From: Massalongia carnosa
Taxonomy: Eukaryota
DNA length: 64,000 bases
Assembly (NCBI GenBank): GCA_965645245.1
Contig: OZ287077.1
Span: 62,001 to 126,000 of the forward strand
Direction of reading: 5' to 3'
A model generated the notes under the pieces. That model was not told the DNA's origin. It searched no databases and saw nothing but the letters and a program-made list of their open reading frames with translations. Shown piece by piece: positions 36,921 to 48,246 of this stretch. Position 1 is the first letter of the stretch; the number at the start of each line of letters is the position of its first letter. Made by a program: the position numbers and the translations under genes.

Positions 36921-38009
36921 GCTGGGCAGGAGGCGCTGGAGACTGGGCTGGGCGCGGAGGAGCTTGACCTTGGCGCACACGAGGGTCAAGAGGCTACAAG
37001 AGAAGGATCTACGTCAACAAGGATGGGCAGACTACGGGATGAAATGGCAGAGAGGATGGGGGACTACGTGGATGTGGTGTTTGCGGGGGAGGATTAGGAT
37101 ATTTTATAGCTCTATAGAAGTTATTGAAGTCATCATAGCCTTTATAATGACCTTTTTGTCTTCCGCGCTCTTGAGACTTTTAAAAACAGTTGCGTTATTG
37201 AGTACACTGGTGAAACGGGGAGACCTTCTCCCAGCAGGCATTCACTACTGGAAGACGGGATCCACAGAGGCTACACAACGTGATGGTCACAATAGAGGTA
37301 CAAATAGTAGGGTCGGGTCAAAGGGTAGACTACATGCTACCCTTTTGAAGTGCTTGATCATTGATCTATATAGAATAGGACAATCCACAACCTAAGCTCT
37401 TCTTCCGTACCTTGCCCATACTACCTGGTATTTTCGGTCTCCGAAATACTTCGGTCACCGAAAGACACGGGTAGATGAGACTAGGCAGGCGAGCTAGGGG
37501 AGGTGAGGCGAGGACGAGGTGCTTAGGGACAGTCCCCCCTCGACCATCCCCCCCCCCCCCCCCTCCCTGTGTAAATCTTTGCTAGTAAACAGCCATTTCA
37601 CTGCTTATCCAGGGTGTGTACAAGCTAGTAATGCAACTGCCAACAGCACATTAAACTCTTTTCGGTTTAAATCGTATGACCTGTTATTGCTACTAATAAT
37701 TACCTCACTCGGTCTGATAAAGCATACCCTCACCCCCACCCTCACCCTCACCCTCACTTACCATTTGCCCTTGCCTATAAGACAATCGGTGCAGAAAATA
37801 TGTGATGAGGTGCGGAAAAAACAATTAGATCGGAAGATTTTGTGCAATCAACAGCGAATACGCAATGACTCTATTGAACAAGGGAGGATGCTCAGATATA
37901 ATAGATTGCGTGCTGGGGGCGACGATGAGGTTGAGGATGAAACAGAAGGTAAAATTCACGATGTTGCAAAGTTATTGCGCTCGGGTCGGCTAATATTGGG
38001 TACAATAGG

Positions 38010-38344
38010 TTTACACGTACGTCTTCACTCCCGCCTCCTTGGCTGCTTTGGCGTTTTCTATGCACAAGCCATGGTCGATTTTCCACTGATTCTGGATTCC
38101 GCTAGCTGCCGCCTTGAGGTGCTGACTGCGTTAAGACTACTGATGGCTTGGGAGACAGTAAGAAGATCATGCCGCCCCATTTTGAGATCTCGCCTTCCTC
38201 GAGGGCTTGAAGCTTGAGAGACTGAGCATTAGGGAGTCTTCTTGAGATGGTCTTGACGGATGAGAATGCGTCTGTGACTAGAAGAGTAACGAGGATCTGA
38301 GAGCCCACTACTCCTATACAGCCAAACACCGCTGCCGTCGTCAT
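38010..38344 (-). pseudogene. Fragment of an NAD(P)-binding Rossmann protein, Fmp52/TIP30-like
   Basis: MTTAAVFGCIGVVGSQIL Rossmann start, TISRR; after a frameshift, GIQNQWKIDHGLCIENAKAAKEAGVKTYV*. Confidence 0.6.
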
Positions 38345-38732
38345 GGTATGAGATCTCTATTCGTAGACTATTTCTGTCTCAAACGGGACGCTTATCAGCA
38401 AGAAACACAAGTGAGATAGGATAGATTTGAAAAACGGTCGGGGGGGGACTGTCCCTAAGCATCTCGCAACACGAATATCGCTCGTATCGAATCTTCGATG
38501 CAGTTTCCTTCGCTAATTCTTGCATCGTCGAAACGTCACCCGAAACGCATTGCGTTAACGAATGACTCGTCACTCGCATGTCATTCGTTGTCTCGATCGA
38601 CTCACATGCCGGGCATCGATGCTGCCAGTATTACAAATGTCGCGTGAATCTTTCAATTTCCGTGCTTTCTTGACTGTTCTGCATTGTTTGACGCTCTCGT
38701 AATCCTCGACGTGCTCGTTGTTGCTCCTCGAA

Positions 38733-41700
38733 TTACCACGACGGTGGTGAATCCTTCGGGGGACTGCTTGCCACATTTGCATGACCTTCGTCCGCTTCTT
38801 CTTCTCGTCTTCGGTTCTGCATGTCATGACATCGTTGACATGACTCTTCATTCGTTTCACATCCCTCGCGGTCTTGACGTCCATCCATATATTCATCCAA
38901 TATGACTCGTTGACATTCGTTTTGTTCCGTCGCCATGATAAACCGTTTCATGGTCTGCCTGGATTCGATGTCTGGAAATATCTCGCTCGATGGCTGCGCC
39001 TCCGATCGAATCATGATGAAAACTTCGCTGATGTCGCCGTCTCGTCCCGCCCGTCCGCTTTCTTGCGCATATTCTTCCATACTGCGCGGGACATCCATGT
39101 GCACCACCACCCGAATGTCCGATAAATCAATCCCCAACCCAAACGCGCTGGTGGCCTCCACCACCCGACGGGTCCCCTGCATCGACCCCTGAAATTTCTC
39201 GTCCTTGTCCGTCGCATGATGATGATATGCGCCGCAATCCAATGCCTGCGCCAATCGCTGCACTTTCGACACCGTGTTGGCGTACACAGTCATCTTTCCG
39301 CTCGCCCGGCTCCGCAACATCTCCGTCAAAAAGTGCATTTGTTGCCTGCCGCTGTTCATCCCCCGCACGATGCGATAACGGATATTGGCGCGACTCGTGC
39401 CGCTGCGAAACATTCGCACCTCGTCGCGTACGAATCCCATTCGACGACACAATTCCATCTCCTGCCAGGGCGGCAACGTTGCCGTCAACAATATCATCTG
39501 CGTTTCTTCCCCGATTAATCGCCCGAATTGCTGCAACTGCGGTCGAAAATCCCATTGTTCGGTCAATGTGACATGGCATTCGTCAATGACAATGCGTTCT
39601 AACTGCTGCATGGCTCGTAATCAGTTGATGAATGTCTGAAAATCTCCCGTCACCGCCGACTCCGGCGTGACCAACAACAACGACGCCGCCTCGGGTGGTC
39701 GACGACTGCTCCACTCCTCGCACGTGATGCCCATGGTCTCGCACCGTCGCCGCATGTCTTGCCACAATGCGATCAACAACAACACCACCACGCTCACCCC
39801 TCCGTGCCCGCACGACGCCGGCAACATGAATGTCATGCTTTTTCCGCCCCCGGTGGGCATCACCGCGATCACGGGGATTTCGCCCGCCATGATCGCCTCA
39901 ATTGTGACCCGTTGCACCCCGCGGAACTGACTGCCGGCCCCCATCAATCGCTCCAACTGTTGTTGAATGTCCACTCCCCGCAACCGATTCCATCGATGCA
40001 TCCGAATCTCTTGATTCTCTCCTTCCCATATCTTCCGGCGTTTTTTTTCATGTTCCGACGACTCGTGCGTCGCCATGGTCGATGCAAATACTAAAAATCG
40101 ATGCCATTCCTGACTGCTTTGACGAAACCGCTGACGCTAGCTGGCCACCTCCCCATTGGCCTCCATAATGCCTCGTGCATATATCATGCCCACCACGTGC
40201 CATCCATGCCCCGCCTGCACTTCCGCAATATCGTTCAACCCATCATCGGCCGTCTCCTCGTTTTCCGTGTCGGCATGAAATGACAAACCCTCTCGCATGT
40301 AATTTCGACTGATGCCAATGACAATCTCCCGATATGCCTGAATGCCCAATGACACGCCCATGCCAATTCGACTCTCGCGTTGCAACACCGTCCGCAGTCG
40401 CTGCGACGTCCATCGTTTGCCATCCGGATCGGACGGCCACATGAACGCTGACACCTGATCTTTCTCCCAAATCGTGACTTCCAATTGTTGCTGAAACGGC
40501 AATACCGACCATATATAATACAGCAACAACTCCCCGATCTCGCGGGGAAAATATCGATGAATCACCTTGACATCTCCTTTCCTCACATATCCTTTATGAT
40601 ATCGGGTCACGTACACCATCAATCCCTGCTCCACGAATATATTGCGTTGCTCTCCTCGCGCCGTGTTGCTGTGTCGACAACTCAATATTTCGGGGCCTCG
40701 TCCGGGCTGTCCGCCGCTCATGTGCATTTACACCAATAATTTCTCGCGAAATTCCATCACCTGCGCCATGTACGTCTCGATTCCCTTGTGATTCCACTGC
40801 ATTTCGGATTTGGGCTGAACGAATCGTCGTTTCACCTCCTCATGATTCGATTTTCGATTGAACAACCACCATTCCCCATCCACCGCGAACTCGTGCCGCT
40901 CGTCATGCTTAAAACTCCATCCTGGCGTGTTTTCGCTGGGGTTATCGTGTAATGCAGTCCACTCGATGCTGGGCACCGCTCTTAATTGGGGAACAAATAA
41001 CAAATCCTCCATCATCAAGCGCCGAGTTTCTGTGATCAGTCCATGAATTATGCTGCGAAACTGTCGCATGCTGAATTGAATATTTTTATACACAATCTGA
41101 TCTCCAATCCAATCAATATGACCGGCACTAGTGGTGTTGTAATGAATATTCAACCCGTACGTGCGTAAATCCAACGTCCATTGCATGGGACTGTGACTGC
41201 CCCGAATCATAAATCGATTCATCATGTCTCGAACTCGTCCCAAACATCCCGTGCCTTCTGTCGCGAACCTCTCCTGTTCCGACTCATTCTCCTCGTCATG
41301 GTCACTGTCATCGCTCAACAACTCCCTCATCTGTGACGCTGAACCCGACGTATCCGCTCGTTCGTCCTCGTCGCTGTTTTCCCATGCATGCTGCACCACC
41401 ATCATGCGTGCCAATTTAGTCATGCGTGACAATATGGGTAGATATCGATCGGGTCCTAACCACCGATCCTCGTCCACTCCCAACACCGCCAATGCGTTCA
41501 CCAATGAACTGTCGTATTCGGTGCGTGTGATCCCTTGATCCAATAACACAATGCAAAAATCCAAACACGATTTATCAACCTGATTCAATCCGGCCTCTTC
41601 ATGAACGGGACGGTCTGTCTTTTCAACATCTGGGATTTCCACCGCTGATGATGTAGATTCGACTTCCTCCCCGGATTCATTGTCTTCCATGATCCTTTCA

Positions 41701-41810
41701 ATGACGGCGCAAAATCGTCTCCAAGCTCGTTTCTGGGCTGGGGTGAATCGATATCGCGGGCTATTCTGGCTACCTTGTGGCCGCGCACGGGCAAAAAAGG
41801 ATATCAGCAT
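38733..41810 (-). pseudogene. Telomere-linked-helicase-like ORF: tyrosine-recombinase-like domain fused to a RecQ helicase, three in-frame stops
   Basis: Track ORFs 40728-41990, 40137-40727, 39621-40076 and 38733-39611 share one frame. Helicase motifs MPTGGGKS, VIDECH, LTATLP, TSAFGLGID, YAQESGRAGRDG and an RQC Cys cluster. Confidence 0.88.
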
Positions 41811-42311
41811 GCAAATTAGGTGGCTGATCAGCTGCTGACAGGTGGGAGTGCTGTCAGCCGTGCGGGAATCAATACCACCAATCGAAGCGTGGCCCACCCA
41901 AATTAGTATGGGGCGGTGGCTCAAGTAAAGTTTTTCCGTCCCCGAACTTTGTCGATTTCTCAACCACTCACGTTCAAAATCCACCTCCAACCACCTCCAC
42001 TACCTCCAACCACCTCCAACCACCTCCTCCAACCACCCCCATACCCGAGAAAGCGGCTGTGACAAGCACGAAAACATGACAATGAAGGCCTAGATGCAGG
42101 CTATTTACGCGTGTGCCTCTCAATTGCTCTCGATGCGAAACGTCATCGCTTCGAGGTTGAAAAAGGTCGACGTGACTGCTTTTGCGACAAATCATTTACA
42201 CTGAACTCGGTAAATTAATTACTTAAAAGAATTCAAGATTATTTATCATGATGATAGCACGTAAATGACTGCACTGTCTTTAGAATGCAGTATGAATGTG
42301 GAATAAATAAA

Positions 42312-44972
42312 GAGTACGGATACATGGACACCCCTTTAGTTACCTAGACACTCCCCTGGGTTACCTAGACACCCCCCGATGATACTCAGACACCCCCCTC
42401 CTAGAATAGGTAAAGATTAAGGGTCATGCCCTACCGCTTACCTGCATCGGGGTAGTGAGGGGGCAATTTCTTTGGCACCTGAAAATTTTTCTTTTTTCGA
42501 ATGTTGGCACACGAAATTCTTCTGCCACTTGAACTTCATCTATCCGATGTCGACCTCTCTACCACCTGGTGGACTCGCTCCTCCTGAAGATGGACAAAGC
42601 TTCGAAAGTTTGGAAGACCTCATTCTTCGCGTCAACGAGCATGCCGGCCGTCAAGGATATGCCGTTGTTTTGGGCCGGACCAAGAAGTCGAAACTCAAGA
42701 TGACGAGAAAGGCTTGGCTGGTCTGCGACCGAGGCAGGAAATCCAATGGACCGACTGGTCAGGATCGGCGACATACAAGCAGCAGACGGATTGAGTGCCC
42801 TTTTTCCTGCGTTGCGAAGCGCGAAAATGAGAATGGAATTTGGTTCTTGGAGGTCATCACACCGGGACATAATCATTCTGCCACACTTGCCGGCGCCCAT
42901 CCTGCATTGAGGAAGCTGGCGATGACATCAGAGGTTAAGAGCGAGATCTCTCGAGCGCTGACAGTGCAGACGGCACCTTCTAGAATTCTTTCAAGTCTCA
43001 GAATTCCTGACCCGATGACTGGAGTCAATCACGAAGATCCCGAAGATCCCGTCATCGTCAATCCAATGTTCAAACCTCGAGACATTTACAATGTCAAGGC
43101 GCAGCTACGTCGCGAAGCCCTCGGTCCATTGACTCCCGTTCAGGCATTGATTCGCGAGTTGGATCAAGGAGATTGGGTATACAATGTGCAGAAGAATCAT
43201 CTCAATCAGATCAGTCATTTATTCTTCATAAAGGGCAGTTCTCAAAGAATTCTGAAGACCAATTACGAGGTGTTGGTGATGGACTGCACATACAAAACGA
43301 ATCGCTACAAAATGCCACTTTTGATTATCAGTGGTCAGACGGCATTACATTCCAACTTCTATGTGGCGTTTTGTTTCATGGCCAAAGAAACGACTTCTGA
43401 TTATACATGGGTTCTGCAGCAATTGCAAGCTTTGTATGTGAATTTGGAGCTTCCTACTCCGACGGTTATCGTCACCGACATGGAAAGAGGTCTGATGTCT
43501 GCAATTGAGACTGTTTTGCCTACAACCAATCATCTGCTTTGTCTTTGGCACATTAACAACAATGTCCTAGTCAATTGTAAGAAGCATTTCGATTCCAAAG
43601 AATCTTGGGATCGATTCTTCGCAGATTGGAAGTCAGTGATATACGCATCTTCGGAAACGGAATTTCGGGAGACATGGGAGCGGTTTAGTCTGCAATATCA
43701 GGGAAATTGCATTGAGTATCTGGACTCCACCTATGTCTCTTCTTTTCGGCATCGCTTTGTCAAGTGCTATACCAATACGATCTTGCATTTCGAGACGACA
43801 ACCACCTCTCGCGGAGAAGGCGGGCATGCGGTTCTGAAACGACAGTTGGGATCCTCATCTGGAGATCTCAAGACAGTGGTGGACGGAATCAATTTGCTGC
43901 TGATCAATGAGCTACATAACTATCTGATCAATCTTGATGAGGCTAAAGTACGACTTCCTTTGAGTCTTCGTAAACCAATCTTTCAAGAAGTGGCACCATA
44001 TATCACCCCATACGCCTTGAGAAAGATACTCCCTCAGTATCTTCGACTCATTGAGAGACCAACAGCCCTGCCGGCCTGCACTCAAACCTTCACGCTGACT
44101 ACCGGTCTTCCATGCAGTCACAAGATTCAGCAACGGCTGTATGAGGGTGGCAGATTGTTGATCGAAGATGTGCATTCACATTGGAGGTAGTACTCAACTT
44201 TCTAACTTTCTAGATTGATGAAGCTGACTTGAAATGTAGATTTGATAGAACTCAAGTTCTGCCTCGCGTCGAGATCGATAATCCCCATCTTCTGATTCAA
44301 GAACCAGAAGTTGCAAGAACTCGAGGGCGTCCACAAGGTGCGGGAAATAGAAGACAGCAAGCATTCGACGCATCCACAAATCGAGAACCATCGCTTTTCG
44401 AACGGGCGGAACCGGAGACGCATTTGGCAGTGCATCGAGCGGACTCGGCACCGGGTCGCGGCCGAGGTGGCAGACGAGGTGGCAGACGAGGAAGACGAGG
44501 GGGGGAAGATGAAGTTACACCAAGGACAACGAGGGTAACGAGGACAGCTACGTCCGGGGGGGCAAAGGCAACGACGAAAGGACGGGCACCGGCAGGGCGG
44601 ACAGGTCGGACAGGTCGGCCAAAGAAGAGGACAGCAACGTCAGAACGGGCAACAAGCGAAGAAGATGACTTGATCATTGTAGATAGTCCAAATGAGGTTT
44701 AGCTCGTATCAAATCACTGTCTGGTTTGCAAAGACAGTGCCAATCGACTCCGTTTCAATCATTCTCGATCGGCTGCTAACATTCGAAAAAAGGAAAAAAT
44801 TTCAGGTGCCAAAGAAATTGCCCCCTCACTACCCCGATGCAGGTAAGCGGTAGGGCATGACCCTTAATCTTTACCTATTCTAGGAGGGGGGTGTCTGAGT
44901 ATCATCGGGGGGTGTCTAGGTAACCCAGGGGAGTGTCTAGGTAACTAAAGGGGTGTCCATGTATCCGTACTC
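42312..44972 (+). mobile_element. Intact Mutator-like element 2 (2661 bp), ~190-bp TIRs, 8-bp TSD TAAATAAA
   Basis: GAGTACGGATACATGGACACCC...GGGTGTCCATGTATCCGTACTC; TIRs ~42312-42504 and ~44778-44972; TSD at 42304-42311 and 44973-44980. Confidence 0.96.
42547..44702 (+). CDS. MULE transposase, one intron 44187-44239
   Basis: Uninterrupted FAR1-MULE DDE ORF; the GTAGTA...GCTGAC...TAG intron joins HWR-FD in frame. Confidence 0.92.
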
Positions 44973-45174
44973 TAAATAAATTAACCTAACAATTCAACTC
45001 CAAACATGTCCAAAATTCAACCTTCGTGCTCCATTTCCTATCGAAAAAGACGGTGTAAACACTGGAATCACTGCTGTAAAAACACCCATCACCTCCAAAA
45101 AGTGCGGGAAAATACGAAAAGCAAATGGTTCAACGAAAACCTCAAACAAACTCCAAAAATGCACAAAAAATCAT

Positions 45175-47621
45175 TTATCCACCCTTTCCTTCATTATTCC
45201 GATTCTCGTCACCCTCGCTTGCCCTTCTTGATCTCGTTGGCCAGCCCGTTCTACTGTAGTACTCCTCGCTCGCTATCCAGCTGCTTTGCCATCTCTTCAC
45301 GTGAACCTGCCCCAGCCCGGCGAGTGAGGTACTCGATGATGGTAAGTCTTTGTGAGTAATACTGTCGCTCTTTAGCAGGCCATCCTCGTCTCCAGCCGGA
45401 ACCATAGCTGGAGTTTAACTTTCCCACAGCTGGCCCGGTGCCCAAACCAACAGTCCACTTCCCTCCACAAATCCACCACTGAACAGACCTATCGATTCAA
45501 AAAATAAGAAGACGAGGCCGGAAGTTCGACAGAGACGTCAGCGTCGAAGAAAGCAAGCGCATGCTCGGATGGCGAGGGCGAGCGGGTGAGACTATGAGGC
45601 CGAGAGCGACGAGAGCGGGGGCGATGAGAGCGAGGAGTAGGAAGATCGTGGGCGGAGGGGCTCGAGGAGAATGAGGTGGTGACCGCAGGGGGGTGAAGCA
45701 ATAAATCGAGCGTATTTAGTGGAATCGGTGACGTAGCTCGAGGCAATTGACAAATCTTGGAGGGGTCAAGGTGAATGTGACCTTGCCTGTTAGAAAATCA
45801 TCCAATTTGCCCTCCATCAGACTGAACAGCTCCCTTTGTTTCAAGAATTCAGCGTTCATCAAACTTGTGAGGCCCACATGCAAATCAACTCCGGCAGAGA
45901 AAACAAGCGATGATTCCACAAAGGATGTTGAGGAAATTTCTGTCGAAGAAGCACGGAGTCCTGCAGATAAACCACACGAAGATAGTCTAATAGCCTTACG
46001 AACTGAATAGTGGCTATATCAACGAAAGAATGCTTCAACCACTTGTCTAGAGAAGGCCAGAAAGAAGACAAAAGCTCTGAAGATAGCGTGACTGCTGCTC
46101 GAGCGATATGATAGGTTCCAGGATGCTTTGGATCGAATCCAGCCATGCCTCGCATGAATTCTCTAGGCAGGGACGTAAGATAGCCCTTGTGCATGGAGTC
46201 GGTAGTCCAATGAGCTGCACGACGTATCTGATCCTCCTGAATGCCTTTCAGCTCGGCATACTTTGTTCCAGAACCTCGCCCAGCATGAGTGACCTTGCTA
46301 TAGGTGAGGCCGAGGGGACTGTACACGCTGTGAATCCATTTGCGCTGGGTGGAATCAGAGATTTCTTTGCAGACGTCTTTAGGAGAGGCTATTAAACAAG
46401 AATCGTCAGTCACATCATATCACTGAATTATTTCGCCGAACTGATAAAAACAATACAATAAAATGAAGGCAGTTTCAGAGAAAAAACGATATTTCATTCA
46501 AAAAAGGGGGGGAAAGCGGAAAACTTCGAAAGCAGACAGACGAACCGAGAGCAATTTAGTGAAATGGATTGAACAAAATGAAAAACTGTGAGAAATGTCG
46601 TCAAAACAGTGATACAATGAAAGAAAATCTCCAAAACTCACCGATGAGGACTCGTGTATTATACCAGTCCTTATTGCTTCCAAAATTCGGAAAAGGTTCA
46701 CCCGATTGCTCCCAACGCCAGAAAAAATACACCGATAACGCACTCATACCACAAAGCGAAAGGTCCTTGTGCCTCAGCATCCCATTGTACTCGATGCGCC
46801 CATTCTGATTGGTTTTACCATTGCCCATGAGGTAAAGCAATGCCGGGCAGGACGAGGGACCCTCGTTGTCAAACGTGAGTAGCTGTAAATCAGGAAGCTC
46901 AGCAAAGCGACGAGACTCACCCCGAGCAAGAAGAAGGTGTCGCATAAGATAATCTAGACGTCCTCGTAGGTTACCTCCGAGAATGGAGGCCTTGAAGGAG
47001 TGAGACTGCTTCCAAAACTCCTCTAATATTGCCCGAAGGGCCTTTTCATCATAGCCATCTGCTACCGTTCCTCGACCTCGATCCTCGAAGGCCAGCTTCT
47101 TCTTGATATGCTGATTTCGCGAAGAATCCTTCATAAGAGACTTCAGCGCATTGCCATTGGGATAAGGACGATTGTGCTGGCCTCGGGAAACTTGATAGAA
47201 CTACAGATCTATCAGCGCAGTCTTGTAGCCCCTTATTGAATTGTATTTGAGAGTTTGAGAGTCCTGATCCGAGTCCGAGTCCGAGTCGAGGGCTTGAGCT
47301 TTGCGATTTTTCTTTGCCCGGTTCATGACCCTGTCCTGAAAAAATCGCACCACTTTGGCTTCATGCACAATTTCTCCATCATCATAGTGATGCTCTTCGC
47401 AGAAAATCTGTGCCTCAATTAGTCAGTTAAAAAAATCCAAATAGCCTAATGAGAGTAAATTTTAAAAGGAGGGTTACCTTCCATTCCTTGACCACCCGAG
47501 TATAGGCGCGATTGGTGTTTTTGGGCCTGCTAATTTGCGTCAAGGCCAGGGCAGAGTGCTGTGCACGAAAATTGGCGGTGTCATTGTCCAGATTACGCTG
47601 AACTTGTTCGACGGTAGCCAT
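45175..47621 (-). pseudogene. CryptonF tyrosine recombinase (Ndc10-II-like domain plus GCR1_C), with introns and disablements
   Basis: RPKNT..AY, DRGRGT..DGY, LARGESRR, GKTNQNGR, RHKD..LC, KVTHAGRGSG, GYLTSLP..FMRGMAGF, SVVDLWRE...ERQYYS. Confidence 0.88.
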
Positions 47622-48246
47622 TGGTAAGTCCTGGAGGTGTTCTGCGCGTGCGACCGATAGGGCTGAGATTGAACGCGGGCGCAAGTGTGGTAGGGCTGAA
47701 AAGTGAAGAATTTGAGCTGAATTGAAATTTGATGCTTAGTAAGCAAATGGCTATTTTTTAACCAGTAATTAGATGGCAGCAGGTGCTTATTTATATGGTA
47801 GCAGGCTATAAGTTCACCGTGAGATATCAGAGATATCACTGGGGATTTTGGTGGGGCGGGGTGCGGATATCACTGATGTCCCCAGCTGATTTTTTGTCAG
47901 CCGTGTCAGTTTACGTCGACAATGTACGGAGTACGGTATGCTAGTATTAGACTAGCGATACGTCTAGCCATTAGCGTGCGCCATACTCGTGCGGTAGAAG
48001 GTGAGTGCGCTGAAATGAAGTAGCCTGATTTGTACATTCTAACACTATCAAAACTCCGCGGGAACCTAGCTTTCATAACTGCCACTTATTTTGTCACCCC
48101 GCCCTGCCACATAGATAGCTAGCCTAGACCACAACAAATACACACCTTTTTGCACCCATTCTTCACATAGCCCACTACGTGATACGACCTCTGCACATTC
48201 TTAACAGGCTAGCTGTATAAATTTAAGAAGTTCAGGACCTTCTGTC

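Noticed and set aside
46418..46614. MITE inside the Crypton intron (tatcactg...cagtgata)
   Set aside because: Only an 8-bp inverted match and no convincing further support
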